Positions 49,058 to 61,020 of a stretch of DNA of 64,000 nt are shown here, piece after piece (the stretch's first letter is position 1; each line of letters begins with the position of its first letter). This DNA is from Podarcis bocagei (taxonomy: Eukaryota). The stretch lies in assembly GCA_964188305.1 (NCBI GenBank), contig OZ076889.1, one strand, 5' to 3'. The notes beneath the pieces are model-generated. The model made no database searches. It was not told where the DNA came from and saw only the letters and a list, made by a program, of their open reading frames with translations. The position numbers and the translations under genes are program-made.

Positions 49058-49494
49058 CAGGGCTGGATTAACCTTTAAGAAATAAGCACATGTGTAGGGC
49101 ATCAAGGGAAGTGAGGCACCAGGGAAATTTTTCATAGCCGTTTTTACCATGGACCGTATGGTGCAGCTGAACCACACAGAACAACTGCTGGATGCCTTAT
49201 CTCTACTAAGTATAGAAGCAGATGTGTTACATGAGATTAGTTTTGAGGATCTGATCAAAGATTTTGCAATTAGAAAAAGTAGGGGAGATTTCCCCCAAAT
49301 AGAAATAAAGTGGAAGTATACAATAACAAACATTATTTCCCATCTTACTGTACATTTCGTTTCATTTCAAAAGATAAACTTTTATTTTATGGTTTATTAT
49401 TGTTCATATTTTGAATTAGAATTCCAAAATCTTTTAAGTGCTCAGGGCCTAATTAAGCTCTTAAATAATTAATTAAGGTCTTAATCTGGCCCTG
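49058..49494 (+). mobile_element. Internally deleted hAT transposon retaining the transposase C-terminal dimerisation remnant
   Basis: CAGGGCTGGATTAA / TTAATCTGGCCCTG TIRs; TSD TAAGT(T/A)TG; LDALSLLSIEADVLHEISFEDLIKDFAIRKSR. Confidence 0.85.
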
Positions 49495-49569
49495 TAAGTA
49501 TGGAACGTAGGAACATTGCAGTTGCCTTATACTAAATCAGACCATTGGTCTGGCTAGCTCAGTAGTACA

Positions 49570-50263
49570 GCTTTCTCCCGATTGAAGCGCAGAATGTTTG
49601 AGAACTGGAACATTTGCAGGGAAACCAAAATGCTTGTTTACAAAGCTATTGTAGTACCAACCTTACTGTATGCTTGTGAAATGTGGACCACTTATAAACG
49701 CCATTTCCAACTCCTCAAAAGATTCCATCAACAGTGTCTACAAAAAGAATTACACATCAACTGGAAGACAGGCAAACTAATGCCAGTGTACTGGAAGAAG
49801 AAAGGATTACCAGTGTTGAAGCCATGATTCTTCAACATCCACTTTGTTGGACTGGTCATGTTGTGTGGGTGGCAGATTATCATCTTCCAAAGCAACTACT
49901 CTATTCCAAACTTAAAAATGGAAAGCGTAATGCCGGTGGTCAACAAAAGAGATTTAAAGACTCTCTCAAGGCAAATCTAAACACTGACAACTAGGAAACA
50001 CTGGCCTGTGAGCACTCCAGTTGGAGAACAGCCTTTACCAAAGATGTCATGGGTTTTGAAGACACTCAGGATGAATGGAAGAGACATGCTAAGAGGAAGG
50101 CACACTTGGCAAACCCTCACATGATCAACTCCCACTCGGAAACCTGTGGAAGGATGTATGGATCCAGAATTGGCCTCCACAGTCACTTACGGACTCACTG
50201 TTAAGACTGTGTTTATGGAAGACAATCTTACTCAGCTATGAGAGATCGCCAAAGAAGAAGAAG
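49570..50263 (+). mobile_element. RTE-clade LINE 3' fragment inserted in a tRNA/CR1-tail SINE
   Basis: TKMLVYKAIVVPTLLYACEMWT; WTGHVV; GAAGAAGAAG tail; minus-strand SINE halves at about 49508-49566 and 50265-50393. Confidence 0.88.
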
Positions 50264-51385
50264 ACAAAGATTGGCAGCAGCCCTCAAAATTTCCAGGGAG
50301 GGGAGTTTCCTAGCACTACTGGGAGATGCCAGGAATTGAATCTGGGAACCTTCTGCATGTTCTACTATCACCCGTCAGTTATAGCCCTTCCCCAATGGCT
50401 AGGACTGCACCTAGCCTAATTTGAGCAATACCCTAATTTGCCGTGTAGAAGTTGGTAGGCAAGAAAATAAAACATTCTGAAAGTGTTTTTCTAAGGAGCT
50501 TCAAAATGGATGCTTTCAAAACTACCAAACTTAGGTCCTTTTGTTTCCTGACACCAAAGTGTTTTTTTAAACAATCAGCATGGATATTCTTGGATCAAAA
50601 TATAAGCAATTCCATGTGCATTTGAGCTGCAGCCATGAATTCCTGTTTGTTTTGCCTCGGAAGGATGAATACAGAAGCAGTAGACAAAATGGGGATTCAT
50701 TACCACAGTGAGGGAGAAATTATCTTCTTAAAGGATCTAATTGGCCTTAACAATGAGCCCTTTCTGAAGACTATTTCCGGGGGGGGGGGGGAGGAGAGGG
50801 GGAGACAGCCAGAGGCACTTTTCTTTTTAACCATTTATAGCTTTCCTTGAATACATTCTCCACCCCATGTTTCAGCTTGAAGAAGCAACAGCAGCAGCAG
50901 CAGCCAAAATGCTTGGGATGAAGGCAGGAAAGCATTGCTTACTGAGTCCAGAAAATGGCCTTTTGATGAAGAGGAGACGAAAATGGAATAAATAAAGGGA
51001 TTCTATGTACTCTGCAATGTTTCAGAGAGAGAAATAGGGCTGTGCTTGTGCAATTACAGTGTTCCCCATCTCTCACAAAGGATCCAGCTGTCTTTTTTCC
51101 TCTCACACATATACACATGTAAACAGAGGTGATATACACCCCATTCATTTAAAGCATACCACCCCACCCCCCAAGAGTCCTGGAAACTGTAGTTTTCCCT
51201 TTGCAGAGCTAAAATTCCCAGCACACTTCAACTGTGGGATTCTTGTTTGTGTGTGTTTTAAATGCAAGGTGTGTATGCAACCACAGACATGCATATAGGT
51301 GGCACCTACACACATTATTACACATTGCTGAAGTTTCTTCTCCACTTGATGTATTTATCCTGAAATAGCTTATACTGTACTGATA

Positions 51386-51729
51386 CAGTGGTGCCCCGCA
51401 AGACAAATGCCTCGCAAGACAAAAAACCTGCTAGACGAAAGGGTTTTCCGTTTTTCGATGCGCTTCGCAAGACGAATTTCCCTATGGGCTTGCTTCGCAA
51501 AATGAAAAAGTCTTGCGAGTCTTGCGATTTTTTTCGCTTCCCCCCTTTTTCTAAGCCGCTAAGCCGCTAATAGCCTTTTAGCCGCTAAGCCGCTAAGCCT
51601 TTAATAGCCGCTAAACCGCTAATAGCGCTAATCTGCTAATCCACTAATAGGGTTGCTTTGCAAGATGAAAAAACCGCTAGATGAAGAGACTCGCGGAACG
51701 GATTAATTTCGTCTTGCGAGGCACCACTG
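51386..51729. mobile_element. Tigger-like MITE, same family as 26432-27999, inverted, with a GCCGCTAA-type tandem array
   Basis: TA TSDs; same TIR and CGCAAGAC motifs; array at 51551-51648. Confidence 0.88.
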
Positions 51730-52394
51730 TATCAAAGCACAGTGCATTGGCTAATTGACTACAACAAATTACTTTCTTTCTTTTTAGAAAACTTACAAAT
51801 GCTTAACAGAAAGTGTGAAGGAAACATCATCATGGTTAGCGGCTCTGAACTCTTTTCAGGAAACATTGCCCGTGGACAAAATGATAGACACATTTTGCGT
51901 ACACAACAACTAAATCAGTGCCCTTTGCCGGCAAGTGATATATAATGGGCAAATTAATATGCACAACCTTCTGCAAGTACTTGGAGACTAATTTATGTTT
52001 AACCTAATAAATTAGAATATGGAAAAGAGTAATAGTGGTCCATGGTTCACATTGATACACAACCCATGCTGACAATTCCCATTTACATCTTGTGGGTGAT
52101 AAGGAAAGAGTAAATCTAGCAGGGTGTGTTTGGCATTTTTATGTAAACGCTAGTGCTGTGTTTACCCAATTTCTGAGAGCTGGCGCATTCTTTTTTGTCA
52201 GTTAAAACTGAAGACATTCTTTACTCCCACTTCCAAAACAGTTTGCTTTTCGAATACACACACATCACTTGCCATTTCTTGACTAGAGTGCCTCCATTTT
52301 CCAACACAATTCCTAACACAATCCCAATACAATCCCAACACAATCCAGTGATCATCCTAAGGGTCAGAATTGATTATTCAGGGACTGAAGTTAC

Positions 52395-52891
52395 CATACC
52401 CTTCAACCATCCCTATTTGAGCAGAACTTCCCGGAATTACAGAAGCCACCCCAGCTTCTGATTGGATCCCGGAATCTCCCATCTTTTGGTCCGGCACTCT
52501 GGCATGAGTCCAGTGGCGTAGTGTGGGGGGTGCAGGGGGGGCCGGCCGCACCGGGCGCAACATCTGGGGGTTAGGGTTAGGGGGTGCAAATCCATGGGTT
52601 AGGGGGCGCAAATCCACGGGTTAGGGGGCGCAAATTACTTGCCTTGCCCCGGGTGCTGACAACCCATGCTACGCCACTGCATGAGTCAGCTGGCTTCCGC
52701 CAGAGCACAGGGCCAAAAGATGCTTGTTGGTTTGTCTCACGCCTTTGCGCAAATCAGCTAACTCACACCAGAGTGCCAGACGAAAAAACAAGCATCTTTT
52801 GGTCTTGCACTCATCAGCTGGCTCCTGCAAGAGCTTTGGACAAAAAAAAAAAAGCATCCCAATTTTCATTAGTGGGATGTTGGAGGGTATG
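52395..52891. mobile_element. Non-autonomous DNA transposon with CATACCCT termini and 6-bp TSD
   Basis: CATACCCTTCAAC / GTTGGAGGGTATG; TSD AGTTAC. Confidence 0.6.
52511..52679. mobile_element. hAT (Tip100-like) MITE, nested
   Basis: CAGTGGCGTAG / CTACGCCACTG; 8-bp TSD CATGAGTC; internal GGGTTAGGG motifs. Confidence 0.88.
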
Positions 52892-53246
52892 AGTTACTTC
52901 CCTGAAAAGACTGTATGCTGCAGTACAGTGTCTTACCACATTGGGGGGAGTCTGTGCACAGGCACAGCAGCTCCTGAGAATCAGGGACTCATGCAGAGAT
53001 TCAACAGTGTTGAGTCCTTTGACTGATTCTGCTGCATGTCTGAATGACTTAGTGCTGCAAACTCATTGAATGGAAAAAATGCAGAAATAATGATTTTTCC
53101 TACTCCTTGCAGAGGCATGAATTTTTCACAAGGAATTTTAATTTATTTTATCACTTAATGCATGCACGAATGATACCATGCTCAGAACAATATCTGGAAA
53201 TTAGTCTTCTATTGGGAAGGAGCATGGGACTGTGCCTTGCTCCTAG

Positions 53247-53566
53247 TCATAGAATCATAGAATCATAGAGTTGGAAGAGACCACAAGGGCCATCGAGTCC
53301 AACCCCCTGCCAAGCAGGAAACACCATCAGAGCACTCCTGACATATGGTTGTCAAGCCTCTGCTTAAAGACCTCCAAAGTAGGAGACTCCACCACACTCC
53401 TTGGCAGCAAATTCCACTGTCGAACAGCTCTTACTGTCAGGAAGTTCTTCCTAATGTTTAGGTGGAATCTTCTTTCTTGTAGTTTGGATCCATTGCTCCG
53501 TGTCCGCTTCTCTGGAGCAGCAGAAAACAACCTTTCTCCCTCCTCTATGTGACATCATTTTATATA
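53247..53566 (-). mobile_element. CR1 LINE 3' end
   Basis: [35 protein letters not shown]...FKQRLDNHM; (ATTCTATG)n tail. Confidence 0.92.
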
Positions 53567-53626
53567 TTTTAATATATATTTTATAGTCAGACCAGTAGTC
53601 CATATATCTTAGTAAAGTTTGCATTG

Positions 53627-54129
53627 TGCCAGGGAATGCTCTGAATCAGAGGACTGGGGAATGCAATCTCAGGCAGATCAGATCCTCTTTGAAGAGGAGT
53701 TGGAGGGGGAAGAACCGCCTCGCCCTGGTCTCCAGCAGTTTCAGAAACAGGGAGAGACACAAGACACCGAGCAGCTTAGAGAAGAGTTGCCTAGCTATGA
53801 GATAATGGAAAGAGAAACAGAAGGGAGGGAACAGCCAGCAGAGACATCATTAGAGAGTGTGGGAGACCCTCCCTCCCCAAGAACTAGGAGGTCTGACCGT
53901 ATTAGAGAACAAAGAATGCAGAGAGGAGGAGGAACTTCCTGTTTGCGGCCAGGATGTCGCAAGCGACAGAAGGGGGAGGATTTAGAGTAGCCAACTGCTC
54001 TCCTTGTGGAGGGATGTGGATTGTTGCTTGCAAGCAGATGAGTGAATAAAAAGGTCTATAAAATATAAAGTGCTCATTAATTCTGGTCTTTGAATTTCCG
54101 AAGGGGGGGGGGAGTCTCCACACCTGACA
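53627..54129 (+). mobile_element. Solo LTR (LTR-B), related to LTR-A
   Basis: TGCCAGG...CCTGACA; 5-bp TSD CATTG/TATTG; AATAAA 54045-54050; inserted in a SINE. Confidence 0.85.
53628..53990 (+). other. Uninterrupted 120-codon frame in LTR-B U3, without an initiating ATG at its 5' end
   Basis: Open from LTR base 2; acidic region, SYEIM, then SLESVGDPPSPRTRRSDRIREQRMQR. Confidence 0.65.
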
Positions 54130-54326
54130 TATTGATTAGCAATGGCTCTTGAGGATGTCAGGCAAGCAACATTCCCAGACCTTCCTGGAGATGCCAAAGA
54201 GCAAACCTAAGACTTGCTGGTGCAAAACAAGAATGTCCTACCTCTGAGCAACAGAGAATGCCAGATTGTGAAAGCAGAATCTCTGCCATGGCATGAAAGT
54301 CACTCCTTTGTAAATTGATAGGCCAT

Positions 54327-54466
54327 ATAGAATCATAGAATTGTAGAGTTGGAAGGGACCATGGCCGTTCTCGAGTCCAACCCCCTGCAATGCAGGAATC
54401 TTTTGCCCAATGTGGGGGTTCAAACCCATGACCTAGAGATTAAGAGTCTCATGCTCTATCAACTGA
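54327..54466 (-). mobile_element. tRNA(Lys)-like SINE with CR1 tail
   Basis: Reverse complement of the 41089 family; GAGACTCTTAATCTC anticodon-arm-like segment. Confidence 0.8.
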
Positions 54467-54569
54467 AAAGCATTTCCGGATTGCAGCACTTCAGACTGCA
54501 AGCAGGGAGAGCACGTGTTTAAGAGCATGTGTTCAAGTGGGGAGAGCACATGTGGAGGAGGGGAGCTGC

Positions 54570-54961
54570 AGGAAGTGGCATTGTGTTCTAAACCACTGAG
54601 CCTCTTGGGCTTGCTGATCAGAAGGTTGGCGGTTCTAATCCATGCGACAGGGTGAGCTCTCGTTGCTCTGTCCCAGCTCCTGCCAACCTAGCAGTTCGAA
54701 AGCATGCCAGTGCAAGTAGATAAACAGGTACCGCTGTGGCAGGAAGGTAAATGGCATTTCTGTGCGCTCTGGTTTCCATCATGGTGTAGTGTTCTGTTGC
54801 GTCAGAAGTGGTTTAGTCCTGCTGGCCACAGGACCTGGAAAGCTGTCTGTGGACAAACACCGGCTCCCTTGGCCTGAAAGCGAGATGAGCACCACAACCC
54901 CATAGTCCCCTTTGACTGGACTTAACTGTCCAGGGGTCCTTTTTATTTTTTACTTTTACTT
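54570..54961 (+). mobile_element. Sauria SINE
   Basis: Typical core and tail. Confidence 0.88.
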
Positions 54962-55689
54962 TGCTAATCTAGAAACCCCCTGTAGTGCTTTGCTGCACAC
55001 TGAAATAGGCCTGTGGAGGGGTGGTGACAATGCTCATTAATTTAGAATTCCTGAATTCCCTAGCCCTTTGTACATTGAACAAAGCAGTATATGCAGAATG
55101 TTCTATGCAAGTGTTCTAAAGAAGGGGGAAAGATTGGCGGTAGAGCTTGCTACTCTCTGACTCATCATGCATGTCCATTCTGCATGCATATTATGAACAA
55201 GTTTTCAGTTTTCTGTAAGTTTATGGTTTTGTTCTGTTAATGGGATGCATTCAAATCATGTAGCCTTCCACCTGTACTTTGAAGTACTCTCATCCAGGAA
55301 CAGTTTTATCACATCATCCGGTATTAAATCAGTTTAGCATATTTTAAATTCCACTCCAGTCAACTGGCTTCAGTTTTTAAAAGGCCCTAACTCATGTCAG
55401 ATACCAGCCGAAACTATCACAAAATGAGTTTCTCCACATCAAACAGCCAGTTCATTTCTTTTTTGGAAAACAAAGTCATTTGCAAAAATGATCACCTGGC
55501 GAGAGATCAGAGTTTCAGTTTATAGTCTAATACTTGTTTCCATCCCTGCAACAGTGAAAGCTGGGTGTCTTTCTGTTATACTTACTAGTTCAAGCCATTT
55601 GTTACTGGCTCAGTGTCCCACCACCACTCCCCTGGCTCTGAGCATTCCTCCTCTGAGTTTTCCCCAGGGGCTTCTCCAGATGTAACCTG

Positions 55690-55995
55690 CCACCGCTCCG
55701 TGTCATCCATCCAGTCCCTGACACAAAGTAGGTTTTCTTTGCTTCTTTCACTGGTATTTGATAGACACAATCTTTCACTACTACTTGGTTTCTTCTAAAT
55801 ATCCAGACCATGCCTCTCCCACCAAGAAGCAAAGACTAAATCAAAGCTATGTCCTGCCCTATGTGTTGGACCGATGATATGTTGAGATACAACCATGGTT
55901 GCCATGGAGGTCATGAAGTCACAAGCCAGCCTTGTCAAGGTGGTCCCAGAGTGAGAATAGAAATTCACCAGGACCAAGCTATTGGGGTTTTCCAG
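55690..55995 (-). pseudogene. L2/CR1-type endonuclease remnant
   Basis: DFMTSMATMVVSQHIIGPTHRAGHSFDLVF motif. Confidence 0.65.
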
Positions 55996-56110
55996 CATCT
56001 CAAATGTAGATGGTCAACCTACAGTCTGAGTGTCACAAGTAGCAAAGGCCACAGAATTTTGTGGTGTTTCCTGTTCAGTGGCAGAAACGCCCATTAGCAT
56101 GGATGCTATG

Positions 56111-56274
56111 CAGTGGAGTAGCGTGGGGGGTGCAGGGGGGTCCGGCCGCACCGGGCACAACATCGGGGGGGGCGCTCGCACTCGCAGCTCTCTGCCCCTA
56201 CCTGGCTCACTCACTCTAGGGTGCGCAAATTACTTGCTTTGCCCCGGGTGCTGACAACCCACGCTACGCCACTG
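56111..56274. mobile_element. hAT MITE, same family as 52511-52679
   Basis: Same TIRs; 8-bp TSD ATGCTATG. Confidence 0.88.
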
Positions 56275-56510
56275 ATGCTATGGCATGGAAGGAACACACA
56301 CACACACTCAGGTAACAGAGAAAATAACAGCAAAAATAAAGCACCTTCAAAGCTAAATATTGAACTCCCCCCCAAAAAAAAACCCCATCAACCCCTAAAT
56401 GAATGGTTGTCAAAAGATGTGACACACCACGCTAGTATGGCAGAAAAGGATGGCAAGTGTGTTGGGAAGATTTGGGGACAATCAAATAAACATTTAAACA
56501 TTTCCCTTGT

Positions 56511-56556
56511 TGGTATGGTATGGTATGGTATGGTATGGTATGGTATGGTATGGTAT
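56511..56556. repeat. (TGGTA)n microsatellite
   Basis: About 9 units. Confidence 0.95.
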
Positions 56557-56681
56557 GTATCAGTTTGTTTGTTTATTTATTTGCAGAATATGGAAATATC
56601 TTTTCAAAATGAAATCAAGAACATCAAGTGATACTGAGGGCAATTCTAGTTGTCATCCAGAATCACCATTTGAACAGAGTA

Positions 56682-56915
56682 CAGTGGAACCTTGGTTCTT
56701 GAACGGCTTAGTTGACAAACAAATCGGCTCCCAGATGCCTTAAGTGTTCCAGTTTTCCAATGTTTTTCGGAAGCCAAACATCCGACGAAGCTTCCGCTTG
56801 AGTGCAGGAAGATCCTGCAGCCAATCCAATCGGAAGCCATGCCTTGGTTTTTGAACATTTCGGAGGTCGAACGGACTTCCGGAATGGATTATGTTCAAGA
56901 TCCAAGGTACTACCG
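56682..56915. mobile_element. Tigger-like MITE related to 2825-3053
   Basis: TA flanks; CAGTGGAACCTTGG / CCAAGGTACTACCG; shared CTGCAGCCAATC. Confidence 0.8.
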
Positions 56916-57190
56916 TACTAGAGAAGACTCATTTATAATTTTTGGAATACTTCACGTTCCTATGTAGTTGTATGGTTTATACTTTCTGGATGCCCCATGA
57001 TCATACTTTAAAGCAGTTGTGATCTGTGTTATAAATCAAGCACTGCCGGGACTTGTTTCTTTTTGTTTTTCAATGTATTTCTTATGAATAAATTATTTGG
57101 TATGGTGTGAGCACATTTTTATTCTGAAAGTGTGGCCCAGGGGAAAAAGTTTGAGAACCACTGCCCCAAACAATACCCTACCCAATATGT

Positions 57191-57192
<2 letters not shown>

Positions 57193-57228
<36 letters not shown>
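57193..57228. repeat. (AC)n microsatellite
   Basis: About 18 units. Confidence 0.95.
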
Positions 57229-57231
<3 letters not shown>

Positions 57232-58749
57232 GTTCCCTTGAATTCATTCATCAGGTGTCCACAATTTCCATTGATTCCTAGGGGAACATTTCTATTCCGG
57301 GATGCTTCCAATCTCTCTTTTTCAATGGTTTCTTCCTGAAATAGGTGCAACCAACCAGCTAAAGAGAGACAAAGGAAAAACTGGTTTGTCTGATCTCTCC
57401 TGCTCTCTGATTCATCCAGTCTCCCTCCCTCCCGGCATGGTTTCCCTTAAATGGCTGATGCTGACTAGAAAGCACAAACAAGCAAGGAAGTGGGCCAATT
57501 CTGCATGTTCAGATATCTGAATCTGCAGAATGTATAGTGAGGTTTGGGCAGAATTTTTTACATTTAGATAAGTGAATTTTCATATAGTGGGAGGGCAGAT
57601 AGTGGGACCTGCCTATGGAAGTGCAGACTGTTGCTACTGTACATGAAATTAATTTCATATCCTCATGTGAAAAGAAGTAACAATCTTAAGTGCTAAAAAA
57701 AAAAGAAAAACAAGCAAGCAAACACCCCAAATTAACTTTGGTCTACAAACAGATTTGGCAAAAGCCTTCCAGCTGAACTGGAACCAATCTATTGCTCTTA
57801 AGAGTGGAATATACTTCTTTTAAACATCTTTCATCAGAAATAAATTGAAGCGAACCATTTCAACCACCGTAAAAGGCCCTCCCAGGTGCTTGATTAGCAA
57901 TTAAGGCCCAAGTATCAGCTGCCCATCATCACTAGGCAGCTGTGAACAATTACACTTTTAAAATAGTCTGAAGTGAAATCACATTGCAGGGCAAACACAT
58001 TAGACAGCCATTAACACACTTGCTCCATGTAAACATAATAAGGATGCCTCGATTAGCATATTTACAGGGTATTATAGCACTTCTTTCCATCAGTCAATTC
58101 CCTGGAGAATCTAACACAATCAATCGTGCAACTGCATGGGCAAAATGGGGTTAATTTGATTCCAAAATCCTTGCCACCATGTTTTTAATACTTGGAACTA
58201 ACAAGGCTGAGCAATTTTCAGAAAAGAAATGAAATCCAATGGGAACAGATTCCTAGATGTGTAATTCCTCTTCTTATTCTTAAGGCTTATTCTTATGACG
58301 CCACTTCACCCAAATGTTTTAAGGCGCACAATCCCCATGTGCATTTAGGTTGGGGTAGAGAAACTCTATCCCATGGGCCAAGCTGGACTGCCACATCTCC
58401 CCACTCAGCCCACAAAGACATTTTTTTTTTCTGAAAGTACACCCACCTCATGTCATATGTGACTTCAGGTGTGGGCAGGAAGATACATAACTACAGAAAA
58501 TGATGTGTGGGGAGGTCAAACCTGCTTGGCTTGGGTTCACCAGCTGGTTCTGCTGGGAACTGGTTGATATGTCCCAGCCTTGCACAATGCAGCATTTAAT
58601 CTGCCACATACACCTCAGCCAATATATAGGGAGTTCACTCCGGTTGGGTTCAGGTCCACTAGCCAGTTTTCAATGAGTTGCTTTTAGAGTATTTCCACTA
58701 TTTCCTGGAAACTTTGCAGTTCCTCCCAGGTTTGCTGATGAATGTGGAT

Positions 58750-59004
58750 GGTCTCACTTGGGCTACAAAAAGACCCACACTCACCTCTGAGCTTTGAGGG
58801 ACTTTGAGAGGTGTTTGCCTATGCTAATCTTATACCTGGGTCTTGCCCTGACATGTATGCTTATGCTATGTGCAATAAACTTTGGTCTACAGCTATTTGC
58901 TCCAGTTGGTGACTGGACTCCTTCCTTTATTCCGCAGGGACCCGCGGGCTCTGCCCGACAAACTGGGTGACTGAGCAGCCTCACACCTAGATTTTTCCGT
59001 AACA
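58750..59004 (+). mobile_element. Probable R/U5 part of an LTR
   Basis: AATAAA 58874-58879, ends CCGTAACA; 5' end not identified. Confidence 0.4.
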
Positions 59005-59379
59005 GAATACATAAGAATATAATGTTCTATCTGTAATATTACTTTTGATCTATTCACTGTAAATTAAGCTGGCTACAACTGAGCAGCTGTACCAATATAA
59101 CAGAGCATCCACACTATTATGTGGAAGTCATGATCCAAAAATCTGCTTCCATGAATGTAAAGCTTTTCTATTTACGTGTGAGATGCTTGCTTATCTGTGC
59201 TGATTTCCCTCTCCACACTGTATTATCCATCACTCTTGACGGTCGCCTGTTTCACAGGTCTATCTTTTGGGAGGGCTCAAGATGTTACAGCAGGAAAGGA
59301 TTCAGCATTCGCTGAACATTCTTCTTAGTTTCCTAGTCTTCTAGGAGCTGATCATGGTCCTGAAGTGATTGACTAAAGT

Positions 59380-59811
59380 TGTTGTTGTTGTTGTTGTTTA
59401 GTCGTTTAGTCGTGTCCGACTCTTCGTGACCCCATGGACCAGAGCACGCCAGGCACTCCTGTCTTCCACTGCCTCCCGCAGTTTAGTTAAACTCATGCTA
59501 TAGCTTTGAGAACATTATCCAACCATCTCGTCCTCTGTCGTCCCCTTCTCCTTGTGCCCTCCATCTTTCCCAACATCAGGGTCTTTTCCAGGGAGTCTTC
59601 TCTTCTCATGAGGTGGCCAAAGTATTGGAGTCTCAGTTTCAGGATCTGTCCTTCCAGTGAGCACTCAGGGCTGATTTCCTTAAGAATGGATAGGTTTGAT
59701 CTTCTTGCAGTCCATGGGACTCTCAAGAGTCTCCTCCAGCACCATAATTCAAAAGCATCAATTCTTCGGCAATCACCCTTCTTTATGGTCCAGCTCTCAC
59801 TTCCATACATC
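59380..59811 (-). mobile_element. Bov-B LINE, 5'-truncated, young
   Basis: Open C-terminal ORF; (CAA)n tail; 12-bp TSD ATTGACTAAAGT. Confidence 0.95.
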
Positions 59812-60373
59812 ATTGACTAAAGTAGTGGCTCCCAATTAGCAAAGTACTGTGGACTCCCTGTTTTACAAAAGTCAAGCCATGGACTCCTTACTTTTGATAT
59901 CTCTATGGTAGTTTTTGTTATGTGAATGGTGCCATGGACTCACTGGGTGGGTTACACAGACCCCCACAGGTGCATGGATCACCAATTGGGAACCACTGGA
60001 CTGAAGAGGTCCTGATGCGTACAACCTTCTATTGCGATCAATTTGATTTTAAGATATTGTGTTTGAGTTCATTGGGCAGCTGAGTTCAATCAATATTTGT
60101 GTTTTGACCATAACTGACTTGCAACAATATTTGTAGAATGATCGAAAGTCATTTCTTCTCTGCACTGAAACAAAACGTCAAATTTGTTAGTGTGAATCCA
60201 TGCAGTTATGAGGAATTATCTGAGGAGGGAGAAGAACAAAATATATATGGCGAAGAAAGTATGCCTCTTGTATGATGGCATGCTGTCACCTGGGCTCCTG
60301 GCAGTGGTATTATTGCCATGTACTGCAATGGAAGGGGGGGGGTAGAATAGTGAGGTCAAGGTAGTTTGCCCTG

Positions 60374-60429
60374 GTAGAGCTAATACTATGTTGATCATCC
60401 TAAGATGATCAACACAGTATTAGCTCTAC
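60374..60429. repeat. Isolated near-perfect palindrome (26-bp arms, 4-nt loop)
   Basis: GTAGAGCTAATACTATGTTGATCATC-CTAA-GATGATCAACACAGTATTAGCTCTAC, one mismatch. Confidence 0.92.
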
Positions 60430-60622
60430 AAGAGAAAACTGCAAACTCTAAAGCACCATCATCAATAGTCCTACAAGTTTTTAAATTAACAAATTAGCAT
60501 ATGTAATGTAGGACATATAGCAGCTGTCAACTGCCGTGTTAACATACGTGCTGAAAGGAAGTCTTGAAATGTCAGATAGGTAGAAGGACTTATCCATGTT
60601 ACACAGGTGTAGAGTATGTTCG

Positions 60623-61020
60623 TGTTCTTCTTTGGCGATCACTTGTAGCTGAGTAAGATTGTCTTCAATGAAAATGATTTTAACAGTGAGTCCATAAGTG
60701 ACTGTGGAGGCAAATTCTGGATCCACACATCCTTCCACAGTGGAGACCTAGGTTTCCGGGCGGGAGTTGATCACGGTGAGGGTTTGCCAAACGTTCCTTC
60801 CTCTTAACACGTTTCTTCCTTTCGTCCTGAGTTTGAGCATCTTCAAAGTCCATGACACCTTTGGTAAAGGCTGTTCTCCAACTGGAGAGTCTTTAAACCT
60901 CTTTTGTTGACCACCAGCATTATGCTTTCCATTTTTAAGTTTAGAATAAAGTAGTTGGTTTGCAAGATTATAACCAGGCATCCGCACAACATGACCAGTC
61001 CAACTAAGTGGATGTTGAAG
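60623..61020 (-). mobile_element. RTE-clade LINE 3' fragment
   Basis: WTGHVVRMP...GGQQKRFKDS; same family as 5898-6455. Confidence 0.85.

Noticed and set aside
84-54129. LTR-A and LTR-B as the two ends of one provirus
   Set aside because: Each has its own TSD, they are strongly diverged, and no gag/pol lies between them.
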